This document shows, piece after piece, positions 1 through 9,320 of a DNA stretch of 46,363 nt. This stretch comes from a virus (Duplodnaviria; Caudoviricetes). Where the stretch lies: IMG/VR virus record IMGVR_UViG_3300032257_000022, positions 1-46,363 of that record; one strand, 5' to 3'. The notes beneath the pieces were generated by a model. That model had not been told where the DNA came from, did not search any database, and was given only the letters and a program-made list of their open reading frames with translations. How positions within the stretch are numbered: position 1 is the stretch's first letter; each line of letters opens with the position of its first letter. The position numbers and the translations under genes were made by a program.

Positions 1-374
1 AGGACATTTGTTGTATTACTAGCAATCCTTATACATTCGTCTGATGATCCGTTGCCTGTAAGCTTTATTTCTATATTTTCAACACGAGTATAGTTAACGT
101 CTACTACAACTAAAGCAGAAGGAGGGTCGCCCTCTATTCTTGCGTGTGATGTGCCTGCAACACCCGAATGTTCATTGCCTGATGTGGCAGTCAACCAAAC
201 ATAGTTAGAAGCTGTTGGAACACCAGTAACACCAGATATAGTGACTGCGCCATAGGCAGCGGTGTCTTTTAGTTCGCCTTTCCAGAATCCTGTACTTACA
301 TCACTGGCATTTTCCCAGCCTTGAATCGTGGTATAAGTTTCACCTGTACCAATTTGGAATGTTTGGTCAGCCAT
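1..374 (-). CDS. Tailspike/beta-helix-like virion protein, N-terminal part (truncated by window start)
   Basis: Not in the ORF track. ATG at 374 overlaps the stop of the 374-814 ORF (TAATG). It reads MADQTFQIGTGETYTTIQGWENASDVSTGFWKGELKD... open to position 1. The 'G..YTTIQ.W' start is typical of pectin-lyase-like beta-helix proteins. Confidence 0.6.
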   Translation of the reverse strand, partial: MADQTFQIGTGETYTTIQGWENASDVSTGFWKGELKDTAAYGAVTISGVTGVPTASNYVWLTATSGNEHSGVAGTSHARIEGDPPSALVVVDVNYTRVENIEIKLTGNGSSDECIRIASNTTNV

Positions 375-814
375 TACGTGATTACTTCTTCTGTACGTCT
401 ATGGCGAAAATAAGGGCGTATTTCTTCCAATGTTACCTCAAGATAGCCGATGTTATTTAGTGCGCTTTTCCATGCAGCGGGCATTTCTGCAAAACGAACA
501 CGCCAACGCTTGCGGGCTAATTGGACAACCCTATCCGCTTCGTCAGGTGCGGTAAATTCAGGCTCTGCAATATTGGCTGGCCTTGTGTCTGCACCCATTA
601 GTGCATTAGCTCTTGCCACTGACATGCCGATAATTTTTATTAATACAGTGTCATCCGGCCAATTATCTGTATTACCATATAAAGCCAAATGAGCGCGTTT
701 ATCTTCACCAGAACCCCAGACGTGGTTATTTCTTCTGGCCACAATAGGGTCGCCTCTGCGATGATATTGAGAGCCTTCTCCTTTATGGGTAAACCTGAAT
801 AATACAGCAGCCAT
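374..814 (-). CDS. Hypothetical protein, tail cassette A
   Basis: 146 aa ORF, co-oriented and tightly packed in the virion arm. Confidence 0.7.
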   Translation of the reverse strand: MAAVLFRFTHKGEGSQYHRRGDPIVARRNNHVWGSGEDKRAHLALYGNTDNWPDDTVLIKIIGMSVARANALMGADTRPANIAEPEFTAPDEADRVVQLARKRWRVRFAEMPAAWKSALNNIGYLEVTLEEIRPYFRHRRTEEVIT

Positions 815-823
815 CTCTATTCC

Positions 824-1258
824 TTAGGCGATAGTGAACAGACCAGAGGCGTTCCAAGTGACCGTTAAATCACCTGCAGTCATATCTACTGGGCCACCTA
901 GATCAATAAAACACAGGGCATCTTTACCTGCATCTGTAAAGTTATAGACTAGTGCCCAGTAAGCATCTACATCATTAGACGCATCCTGTGCCCATGTTGG
1001 ATTAGTTCCACTATCAAAGGTCATTGTGCCTGCAGCCTCTGATACGAGAGTAGACAAGGCCCCTAGGGATGTCCCGTTAGCTACATAAGTACCTGCAGCA
1101 CCTACCTCTGTAAAGTCCCCGAATACTGGAGTAGCTGTCCCCGCTGCTGGTGTTGTTGTGTTGTCACAGATTGCACAATAAAAGACATCAGTACTTGCCC
1201 AGTCTCCTGCAATCATCTTAGCTTTCGCTTCGTCAAATACTACTAAATCGCCTTGCAT
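824..1258 (-). CDS. Conserved virion/tail-fibre-associated protein (copy 1)
   Basis: 144 aa, GAGGA RBS upstream. Ends DLTVTWNASGLFTIA, a C-terminus seen in phage tail-associated proteins. A second allele lies at 46071-46363. Confidence 0.7.
   Translation of the reverse strand: MQGDLVVFDEAKAKMIAGDWASTDVFYCAICDNTTTPAAGTATPVFGDFTEVGAAGTYVANGTSLGALSTLVSEAAGTMTFDSGTNPTWAQDASNDVDAYWALVYNFTDAGKDALCFIDLGGPVDMTAGDLTVTWNASGLFTIA
990..1116. repeat. 127-bp exact repeat of the last 127 bases of the window (46237-46363)
   Basis: Direct comparison shows identity. The homology extends, with 14 mismatches, over 824-989 versus 46071-46236. Confidence 0.95.
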
Positions 1259-1269
1259 TGTCTTTCCTC

Positions 1270-1869
1270 TTACGCTGTTTCTATGGTTATGTTATTAGAG
1301 CTGGCGTTACCAGACTCGTCATTAATCACTATTAAATGTGTTGAGGGTATATTAGCAGGTATTGTGATAGTCACAGCCCCTGCATAATTCACCCCGTATA
1401 TGTTATGTCCTACTAATAAATCTCGAGCTAGCACAGTGTATGTTGCTGCTGTAACCTGTGTGTACTTAACAGGGGCTTCAAGTGTTCCGCCACCTACAAA
1501 GCCTATACCTTGTGAGCCTTGGACGTTAACCAGCTTACCCCATGTACCATCAGGGTTCTTAAACTGGAGGCTCTCGCCTTTCCATCTATGCTCAGGTACT
1601 ACACCATCAGCACCGGCTGTGCCCGGTAAGCCCCCCGGGCCGGGCAAGCCTTGCTCACCTTTTGCCCCCGGGATACCTTGTAGTCCTCTTTCCCCACGAT
1701 CTCCTTTCTCACCTCTATCTCCCTTATCTCCTTTAGGGCCAACTATTCCTTGTGGGCCATTCAGCCCTTGCTTACCTTCTACACCTTCCTCACCCTTCCT
1801 GCCCTTAAGAACAGAAAGGGGGACGCTAGAAAGCTTCCTAACCGTAGCATCTTTTAATGCCTTAGCCAT
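1270..1869 (-). CDS. Collagen-like (Gly-X-Y) fibre protein
   Basis: About 22 consecutive G-X-Y triplets (GRKGEEGVEGKQG...GADG) followed by a short beta-rich C-terminus. Confidence 0.8.
   Translation of the reverse strand: MAKALKDATVRKLSSVPLSVLKGRKGEEGVEGKQGLNGPQGIVGPKGDKGDRGEKGDRGERGLQGIPGAKGEQGLPGPGGLPGTAGADGVVPEHRWKGESLQFKNPDGTWGKLVNVQGSQGIGFVGGGTLEAPVKYTQVTAATYTVLARDLLVGHNIYGVNYAGAVTITIPANIPSTHLIVINDESGNASSNNITIETA
1800..1813. repeat. Dispersed 14-bp palindrome YGHYCYTARGRDCR (first of 22 copies; all positions listed in findings)
   Basis: TGCCCTTAAGAACA here. 22 copies found by eye between 1800 and 44195. Confidence 0.9.
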
Positions 1870-3791
1870 TAAGCAATCTCTTCCAGCAACCCATCTTTAT
1901 TGATGGATACGATAGTACCGTTAATTTCATATACACCGGGCTCTAGTTTAGAAGTAGTGTCAGCCTTAGGCTCACTAGTAATAGTTTGTTTCTCTTTGCC
2001 TAATGCTTTATCTAATGTCCGCTCTATGCCATCAATAACTCCTGAACGCTTAGAAGGAACTATGCGACTCTCTCCCTCTCCTTGTGGAGATAGATCTTTC
2101 CTAGGCACCTCAGTAGGCTCTGGTGTAGCTTGTAAAGCTTCAAAGATCTTCTCACCGAACTGCTCATACCGTGTACTGTTCTGGATGTGCGCTAAGGCTC
2201 TGCCTGAAGCATTCAAAGTGTCTAAAGAGTTATTGATATTAGCAACCATCTTAATGGTGTTAGCATCACTAGTAGTGGCTGTCATAAAGACGCCACCATC
2301 CTCACGCAAGCCTAGCTCCATAGTCTTAGGATCGTAAGCTTTCTGCACAGCCCCTACAATAGACGAGATACCGTTCTTAACAGTTGAGGTAGCGTTAGCT
2401 ACAACAGAAGCTGGCGCATACTTATGTAAGTACTCTTTAGATTCAGGTTTGGATAACCAATCGTTGACCAACTTAGTGTACATACCTCTGGAATCGGGTG
2501 ATGTGTTGATGCCAGTTAGCATAGTCTCTATTGACTTGTTAATAGGCTCAATGTCCTTTTTAGCAGCTCCTTGTTCCACTGCTTGACTAGTCCACTCATT
2601 CATTACAGTAGGCATGTTTACATTTTCAGTGTAGGAGCCGTCCACACTACCTGCTACTGCGTCCATAGCATCACTAATAAAGTCTACACCTATTGATGAT
2701 TTCAAGACTAATGCTGTGATAGTCTCGCCAGTTATCTGAGACATAGCAGCGACAGTAGCAATAGACTTGTGCTGTAGTAACTTGTTCTTAGATGTCTCAG
2801 TAAGAATGTTGTTTCTATTCTTAGCTTCGTCAGCTGTAATCTGACCATTGTTGGTAGCGATAGCAGTCTTAAGCATGCGGTCACCTGAGGCTATATAGCT
2901 CTCAATGACGTTGCTACCTTTACCTGCTGGGTACTCATTAGCATACTCAGCTTTAAATAACCCGTAAGCTTCGTTGAGTAGCACTTCCTTCTCAGCGGCA
3001 TTCTTATCAGACATGCGGCCAATGTCCCGAATAGTGCTAGATAAGTTATTCAACCTAGCAACACCAGTATCCTGATACTCAGGGCTGGCTAATTGCACTT
3101 CAGATATAGTAGCTTGTACAGCCTTCTTTCTTTCCCAGTCCATTCTACGTTCTTCTAGGGACAGTTTCTCTTGTACTTGTGGATACCATTGCTCAAAGTT
3201 CCCTACTGGATCAACACCATACTTAAAGGCTTGTGTTCTAGCTTGTTTAATAAATGCGTCTTGTTGCTTAGTTGCTGCAGTGCGTGACTTCTCAATAATA
3301 TCAATTGTTGCTGAGTAATCCCCTAGCACTGAATCACGCATACTACGGAACTCAGCTGCTAATGCAGGAGCCCGGTTAATGTATTGGCGTGTAAGAGTCT
3401 CTACACGGGCCTTTAAGCCCAGTTCTGAGGTAGCCCCTTGGGCTAGGAAGTCTGACAGTTTTGCATACTCCTTATCTGCTTGAGATAAAGTGATGCTAGC
3501 GCCTTCTTCAAACTCGGCTAAAGCTTCTTGGGCAGTAAGATCTTCACCTTCCATCTCTGCTGAAACATCTGTTTGATCTTGTAGGAACTCTTGCTCGTAA
3601 CCCTTAATCTCATTGGTCAGACCTTCTCGTAACTTATCAGACTGAGATTCTTTATGTAGGTCTAAAGCAAGAGAGCCTGCTGTCTTTATAGCCCCGGATA
3701 AGTCAGGTACGGCAGAAGGCGTTGCTGGCCCTACTGCTGTTGGTGTGGTGAGTACTGGGGCATCTATGACACCTTGCGTAAAATTAGCCAT
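1869..3791 (-). CDS. Putative internal virion (ejection) protein
   Basis: 640 aa, predicted helical, last of three genes after tail tube B, as in podovirus core protein clusters. Confidence 0.6.
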   Translation of the reverse strand: MANFTQGVIDAPVLTTPTAVGPATPSAVPDLSGAIKTAGSLALDLHKESQSDKLREGLTNEIKGYEQEFLQDQTDVSAEMEGEDLTAQEALAEFEEGASITLSQADKEYAKLSDFLAQGATSELGLKARVETLTRQYINRAPALAAEFRSMRDSVLGDYSATIDIIEKSRTAATKQQDAFIKQARTQAFKYGVDPVGNFEQWYPQVQEKLSLEERRMDWERKKAVQATISEVQLASPEYQDTGVARLNNLSSTIRDIGRMSDKNAAEKEVLLNEAYGLFKAEYANEYPAGKGSNVIESYIASGDRMLKTAIATNNGQITADEAKNRNNILTETSKNKLLQHKSIATVAAMSQITGETITALVLKSSIGVDFISDAMDAVAGSVDGSYTENVNMPTVMNEWTSQAVEQGAAKKDIEPINKSIETMLTGINTSPDSRGMYTKLVNDWLSKPESKEYLHKYAPASVVANATSTVKNGISSIVGAVQKAYDPKTMELGLREDGGVFMTATTSDANTIKMVANINNSLDTLNASGRALAHIQNSTRYEQFGEKIFEALQATPEPTEVPRKDLSPQGEGESRIVPSKRSGVIDGIERTLDKALGKEKQTITSEPKADTTSKLEPGVYEINGTIVSINKDGLLEEIA

Positions 3792-6700
3792 TATTCAGCT
3801 CCCGTAAATATCTGTTCGCCTAGGCCATGGTCTAGTAAGGCTCGTAGTTTCTCTTTCTGTTCTTCGTTGATAGACACTGTACCATTAATAGCCGCTAAAA
3901 TCTCTGACCTGATTTCTGGCCCTGCAGTAGCGTACTGTATCATGCTAGTTATCACACTGTCTCCAATGTCTTGTAAGCTGCGTCTATCTAACTTGATAAA
4001 CTCTTCTCGATAAATCTCTTGTTCTGAAGGATTAAGTCCAGCAATCAAAGCTTGGTGGGCTTTTAACTGTGGTAAGTACTCGTTTCTGTTCTCATACTTC
4101 AGATTAATCCTGCGGATAGATTCATGCGCTAACTTAGCAGAGTTCTGTATAGCTTTCTTATCATCTCTAAAACGACCTAATAGCTTATACACCTCGTCTT
4201 CAGAATAAGTGCTGAAGCCAAATAGTTTAGCTAATGCTGTAGAAGCTGTGGCCCGTAAGTTAGCACTGCCTTTTCCAGATACAATCTGCCCCATCTTAAT
4301 GGCATACCGATACTTTAAGTAATCATCCGCACCTGACGCAATAGAAGACACAGACATTAAAGAATCAGTTATTTTATCAGTAGTGCTTAAGTCTGGCGCA
4401 TTGTATAGATGCTGTATGTCAGTAAGAACCCTGCCAAATCGCCCCTCTTTGAAATGTAGAAGGTTATAAGAAGGGCCTAATGCTACTTTAAAGACTTCGC
4501 CTTTAGCCAAGTTGCTAAACACGTCAAAGAATGGGATGCCCATCTGTTCTGCGAAAGGGGCAAATGATTTACTGAACTGTATCTCAGGCTGTTTCTCCTC
4601 ACCCATAACCGTTTGGATCATTGTGTTCATGCCTAAGTCCACTAATCCGCCCTTAAGGGCAAGAAGCGTCTTAGGATCAATCTCGAACCCAGCCTCTTCC
4701 TGTAGCTTTTCGAAAGCAGCATTGAGGCCTATGGCATAACCACCAAATAATGTCATGTTAGCAGATAATACTTTGGCCTTATCGGCTCCTGAAAGTACTT
4801 TACTGCCTCCCCATGACGAGGGAAGAACCGATAGCATTGCTTTATGAGGCACCGCTATGAACTGTAGTGGCAACGAAAGTATGCCTTTTTGATATTTGAA
4901 TGTCCCCGGTAAGGTCATTGCATAGCTTAATTCTCTTGCTGTAGCGGCAATCTGATCAGCATACTGCTTCTCCATCCACTTGCCTGCTAGCTTAGGGTTC
5001 TGATCCATCCAACGCTTACGCGCCATTAACCATGAGCCTGTCAAGTTAATAAACTCTCCTGCATCAAAGCCCACCATTCTTGATACTTCTAGCCCTTTCT
5101 TAACAGGGCCTGTGACGGAATCATAAACTCTGCCTACCTTGGAACCAATGTGATCTTTATGAATATCTTTAACCAAACCTTCTACAAAGGCGTGAGAATC
5201 CACACTGAAAGGTAGTCCAGATTTAGTAACATAGGTATCCACTAGAACTTTAAATTCATCCTCGGGCATACCTGCCATCTTAGCTCCGTAACTAAGGCCC
5301 CAAGCCTCTCTTCCAGCCTGCTTAGATTTGTAAGTGGCGCGTGCAATAGATAACCCTGCTAATTCCCTTGAGAAGCTGGTAGCTAAGTATTTAGGGTCAA
5401 GGAAGCTGAACTGCATTAACTGCCCTGCCTGTATGGGCAACTGTCTTAACGGGCGTAATGAGATGTAAGCAATAGAACTCAACTGCCTAGCTGTCCTAAT
5501 AGGATTAAAATCTAATCCCTTCTCTCTAATCAATCTAGTGAAAGGTGCTGCGTAAGGTTCCAATGTCTCAGACAAATTAAACACCATGCTCTTCCAAGCC
5601 TGTGATGTCTTAGTGGGTATACGTTCCATGTTCTGTACTAAATCAAAGATGGCTTTAGCATCTGTGAGCTCTTCTGCAGTAACCCGGGCACGACTAACTT
5701 GGCTCCACTCGGTAGGGAAAGATTGTAAATCAAGTTTACTTCCCCAAGTATTCATCCAACGATTCTTCGTAGAAGTTAATACATCCTCCATAGCGTACCG
5801 GTTAGATACAGTACGGGCTGTTCTGAACAAAGATTCTACTGGGTCTTCAATACGAGCTTGGCCACCATCTACAGCGCCATGTAATCTCTCACCCCGATGT
5901 TTGGTAGTGCGTAACCCAGAACTGTACACATCGTAGTCTGTAACCATCTGCTTACCAAAATCCATCTCTTTAGCTGATCTAATAGCATAAGTACTGCCAC
6001 CTTCTAACACATCTGCGTTAGCTCTAGCAGCCGCTTCTAAAGCAGCTTTACGAGTACTGAAGCCAGCAACAGTTTCACCATGCCTAGCCAGTACATTCTT
6101 ATCTGTAATAGCTACGCCATCTAGTGTCATCTTAGTAGGCACCAAATCAACGAAGTAAGATTCTTTATAGGTACGCTGATAATAGCCTTCTATGTAGGGC
6201 AGTACATGATCTGGAACAGCCTTAGCTGTGGTATCAATGCCGTCCACAATAGCGTAGGTGGTCTTGTCAGTCCCGATCTTAGCGGCCTTATCTAGCTTAT
6301 AAATATCCCCACCCTCTTTCTCTAAACGAGTGATGAGTCTTGCATCTACTGGGACAATAGCTCCCGTAGTGGGATCAATAGCTGTTTTAATACTGCCCCA
6401 AGTTTCTGGCTCAACTGCCTTACCGTAGAATGAGGAGTCTCCACCAATACGCTGTATGTGCTGGTTACCTGAATTAACGATGCGGCTACGTTCTATCTCA
6501 TTAGTCATTCGCCAAAGAACATCATTCACCTTGCGGTATTTATAATAAGCACTAACCTCTTTCTCATTAAGGCCTTTCAACTTCAGGTCTGTAGGCGACC
6601 AAATCTTAGCCTCTTGGGCGCCTTCTTCTAAAACCTTGAAGAGCTTGATTCGACTCTTGTTGCCTAGCTTTCCTAAGTCAGTCCTAACGATGTCAATCAA

Positions 6701-8413
6701 ATGCTTCTCGTAATTAGACCCCTTATCTGCAGCACTTAGGAAGGCTTGTGATATATTTCTATCAAATCGGGCTACAATGTCCTGTAAGTACCCAGTCTTG
6801 AAAATGCCAAACAAGCCTTTAGACACAGAATCAGAGCCGTACACAGTGGCGTCTGTAGCGTCGTAAGCTTTGTTAAATTTATAGCCTAAGAAATAACTGC
6901 CCCGCTTACCGCCAGCCTCTTCTAAAGTAGTGGCTACCAGTTCCTTGGTCTTGGGATTCTTCTTGTATAGGACGACATCTCCCAGTTTAAGTATGTCTTC
7001 TGGGAAGGCCTCCTTAGCCATATCAAGCGCATCTTCTGCGTAACCAAATCCCGTCTTCTTCTTGCCGTAGATAACCTCACCTGCATAGCGTTCCCCATCA
7101 TCAACAAAGTCTCTGGTTGCTTTGACAGACAAGGTAGTGACATCTGTCAGTGCGTCGTCTATTTTGTTCTTAAGGGCAGTTTTCTCTTGCTCATAATAGT
7201 TAATACCATGAGTGTCGGAATCTTTCAGGACTTGATTAATGACCTGATCCATCTGCTCTAATTCATCAACTACATTAGTTGGTAGGTCTGTAAAGGTTTC
7301 CCCAGCTGCCTTAGGCATAACATAGTCTTGAATGATCTCGTCTTTAGTAGTACCTAGAACTTTAGCAGCCTCGCCTGAAGGCTCTGCTACAGCGTCTGCT
7401 GCCATTTTACCGGCTACTTCTGCATCTGCTGTGGCGGTCTTAGCTAATGGTGATGCTGTGTGCACCATGCCTTTCACTGTTCGCACTAGTGGCTTAACAG
7501 CCCCGGCTACGAACATTGTATCTAGTACACCCACGAAGTCGTCAATGGCTCTAAACGCTATGTGTGGATCATCGGCATCTAATAGATCTACCATTGGATA
7601 TAGCTTAACGAAATCAGATACAACATAGGGCAAGTCTTCGATTGCCTTAATGGCTCTGCGTGCTGCAGCCACCCGTTGGGGTGCTGGCATCTTAGCCATG
7701 GCATCACGGAAATCTACTTTAGCTTCGCCTGCAAATATTAAATGGTATATAGATTCGCCTAGAGACTGCTCACCTATTGCGGCCTCCCGGGCTTGGTTAA
7801 TAATGTAGCCTTCAATGAAGGGAACCATTACTTGTAGGAACCCACCAAAAGCAACTACAGAGCTCTTATTGAACTGAGCTATAGAAGCATTCATATCTTT
7901 CTCAATCACTTTCTGAGCATCAGTGTACTCATCCAGAAACTCTAAATCTAAATTGTGATTGATCTCTTGTGTCTTAGTAGCTGGCTGTCTTTTATTAGCA
8001 ACAGACCGCACATACTCGTCAGCTAAGTTGACATCTTCACCACGTTGTAACAGGTATTGCGATAGCAGAAAGTCGGCTTCATCAACTGTTGTTTCTGGCT
8101 TGGATAACTCTAGGTTTAATTTATCCCTACGGGCAGCGTCTGTATCTGTAGCAAGTAGTTTTTCTATATCGTTAACTTCTTGGCTAGTGCCGGTAGTTTG
8201 TAGCTCCTGCTTCATCTGAGCATACTTAGCAGCCACCCCTTTAGGAGAATCGTAACCACCCATAGCAGAACCAAAGAAGGCTCTATTAGAAGCCTCTTTT
8301 TCTGGAAGACCTTTACGAATTTCCCCTTCAGGATTTTCAGGAATGTAAGTCCATGCCGCCAATTCTTCCTCAACAGACTCATTCTCATTCGGTGCTGTTA
8401 TATCCCATTCCAT
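3791..8413 (-). CDS. Large putative internal virion (ejection) protein
   Basis: 1540 aa; size and position match podovirus core proteins. No RNA polymerase motif recognised. Confidence 0.65.
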   Translation of the reverse strand: MEWDITAPNENESVEEELAAWTYIPENPEGEIRKGLPEKEASNRAFFGSAMGGYDSPKGVAAKYAQMKQELQTTGTSQEVNDIEKLLATDTDAARRDKLNLELSKPETTVDEADFLLSQYLLQRGEDVNLADEYVRSVANKRQPATKTQEINHNLDLEFLDEYTDAQKVIEKDMNASIAQFNKSSVVAFGGFLQVMVPFIEGYIINQAREAAIGEQSLGESIYHLIFAGEAKVDFRDAMAKMPAPQRVAAARRAIKAIEDLPYVVSDFVKLYPMVDLLDADDPHIAFRAIDDFVGVLDTMFVAGAVKPLVRTVKGMVHTASPLAKTATADAEVAGKMAADAVAEPSGEAAKVLGTTKDEIIQDYVMPKAAGETFTDLPTNVVDELEQMDQVINQVLKDSDTHGINYYEQEKTALKNKIDDALTDVTTLSVKATRDFVDDGERYAGEVIYGKKKTGFGYAEDALDMAKEAFPEDILKLGDVVLYKKNPKTKELVATTLEEAGGKRGSYFLGYKFNKAYDATDATVYGSDSVSKGLFGIFKTGYLQDIVARFDRNISQAFLSAADKGSNYEKHLIDIVRTDLGKLGNKSRIKLFKVLEEGAQEAKIWSPTDLKLKGLNEKEVSAYYKYRKVNDVLWRMTNEIERSRIVNSGNQHIQRIGGDSSFYGKAVEPETWGSIKTAIDPTTGAIVPVDARLITRLEKEGGDIYKLDKAAKIGTDKTTYAIVDGIDTTAKAVPDHVLPYIEGYYQRTYKESYFVDLVPTKMTLDGVAITDKNVLARHGETVAGFSTRKAALEAAARANADVLEGGSTYAIRSAKEMDFGKQMVTDYDVYSSGLRTTKHRGERLHGAVDGGQARIEDPVESLFRTARTVSNRYAMEDVLTSTKNRWMNTWGSKLDLQSFPTEWSQVSRARVTAEELTDAKAIFDLVQNMERIPTKTSQAWKSMVFNLSETLEPYAAPFTRLIREKGLDFNPIRTARQLSSIAYISLRPLRQLPIQAGQLMQFSFLDPKYLATSFSRELAGLSIARATYKSKQAGREAWGLSYGAKMAGMPEDEFKVLVDTYVTKSGLPFSVDSHAFVEGLVKDIHKDHIGSKVGRVYDSVTGPVKKGLEVSRMVGFDAGEFINLTGSWLMARKRWMDQNPKLAGKWMEKQYADQIAATARELSYAMTLPGTFKYQKGILSLPLQFIAVPHKAMLSVLPSSWGGSKVLSGADKAKVLSANMTLFGGYAIGLNAAFEKLQEEAGFEIDPKTLLALKGGLVDLGMNTMIQTVMGEEKQPEIQFSKSFAPFAEQMGIPFFDVFSNLAKGEVFKVALGPSYNLLHFKEGRFGRVLTDIQHLYNAPDLSTTDKITDSLMSVSSIASGADDYLKYRYAIKMGQIVSGKGSANLRATASTALAKLFGFSTYSEDEVYKLLGRFRDDKKAIQNSAKLAHESIRRINLKYENRNEYLPQLKAHQALIAGLNPSEQEIYREEFIKLDRRSLQDIGDSVITSMIQYATAGPEIRSEILAAINGTVSINEEQKEKLRALLDHGLGEQIFTGAE

Positions 8414-8808
8414 TATGTATTCCTAAAAGCAATGGCTGTCTGCGCCCCAGCTCCAAATATATTGGCGTAGGCACCTGCAGTAGCAGCTCTGGTTTGCGCT
8501 CTGTTAGCTGCATTACCTAAGGCTTGCGTCTGATCTAAGAAGCTGACATTGGATGCTGTAGTCTGAGCAATGCCTGCTAACTGTCCAGATAGCCCTGAGG
8601 TTTGTCCTGTACCACTTGATATAGCAGATTGCTCTGCTTGTGCTCTGGCAACCCGCTGTTGTCTTAATAATTGAGCACGCTCACGTCTCGCTTTGATAGA
8701 AGCAATGCGTCTCTGTAATCTTGCAGCTCTGCGCTGCTCTTGTGTAGATTCTACTGTAGCGGCTACAGATAAGCCGGTTAACACTGACGCTGTAATTAAT
8801 GCTGGCAT
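8413..8808 (-). CDS. Small internal virion protein (T7 gp14-like position)
   Basis: 131 aa, Ala/Gln/Gly-rich with a hydrophobic N-terminus, first of the core protein trio. Confidence 0.6.
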   Translation of the reverse strand: MPALITASVLTGLSVAATVESTQEQRRAARLQRRIASIKARRERAQLLRQQRVARAQAEQSAISSGTGQTSGLSGQLAGIAQTTASNVSFLDQTQALGNAANRAQTRAATAGAYANIFGAGAQTAIAFRNT

Positions 8809-8809
8809 A

Positions 8810-9319
8810 TTATGTCTCCACTATCAGCTGAGAAATTAACTGCGCCCCACCCAAACTTGGGTACAAGGAATTAGTTTCTATTTTCATGCGTTGTAAGTTC
8901 TCTGCTCGTAGTTTATCCATAGGCGTGCCTATACAAGTTTGCCAAATCAATTCTAGGTTGTCGTCTATCTCATCAAAGTTTATGTGTATCCCATCAACCT
9001 TATCTAGCTTTCTCTGACACTTCTCAAGTATAGGCCTAAACTCATAACTGCCTATAGTGTGTAACAAAGACTCATTCACAACATTCAAATCTCTATGAAT
9101 GACTACTTTAGGGCAAGTAAACTCTTTCTCTATTAGCATACTCGCTGTCTCAGCTGTCCCCACTTTGGCATAGGGAAGCTCAAATTTGTTCCTATATTCA
9201 TCCAGAGACGACACATCTCCTAGCAGCTCATGGTAGCAAAAACACTCTCTACCGTTAGTGAGGAAGTTAGATAGCCACTGTGTTCTACTTCTAGGGAGGC
9301 CCATGACCATGAAATCCAT
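8810..9319 (-). CDS. Sulfotransferase-like P-loop protein
   Basis: N-terminal FMVMGLPRSRTQWL resembles the 5'-PSB loop (G.PRSGT); followed by a YHE motif and VVIHRD. Confidence 0.55.
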   Translation of the reverse strand: MDFMVMGLPRSRTQWLSNFLTNGRECFCYHELLGDVSSLDEYRNKFELPYAKVGTAETASMLIEKEFTCPKVVIHRDLNVVNESLLHTIGSYEFRPILEKCQRKLDKVDGIHINFDEIDDNLELIWQTCIGTPMDKLRAENLQRMKIETNSLYPSLGGAQLISQLIVET

Positions 9320-9320
9320 A

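Noticed and set aside
824-989. Diversity-generating retroelement template/variable repeat pair with 46071-46236
   Set aside because: Differences are almost all synonymous and not confined to adenines; no reverse transcriptase is present.
3791-8413. Virion RNA polymerase
   Set aside because: No single-subunit or multisubunit RNA polymerase motif was recognised, and it is far smaller than N4-type enzymes.
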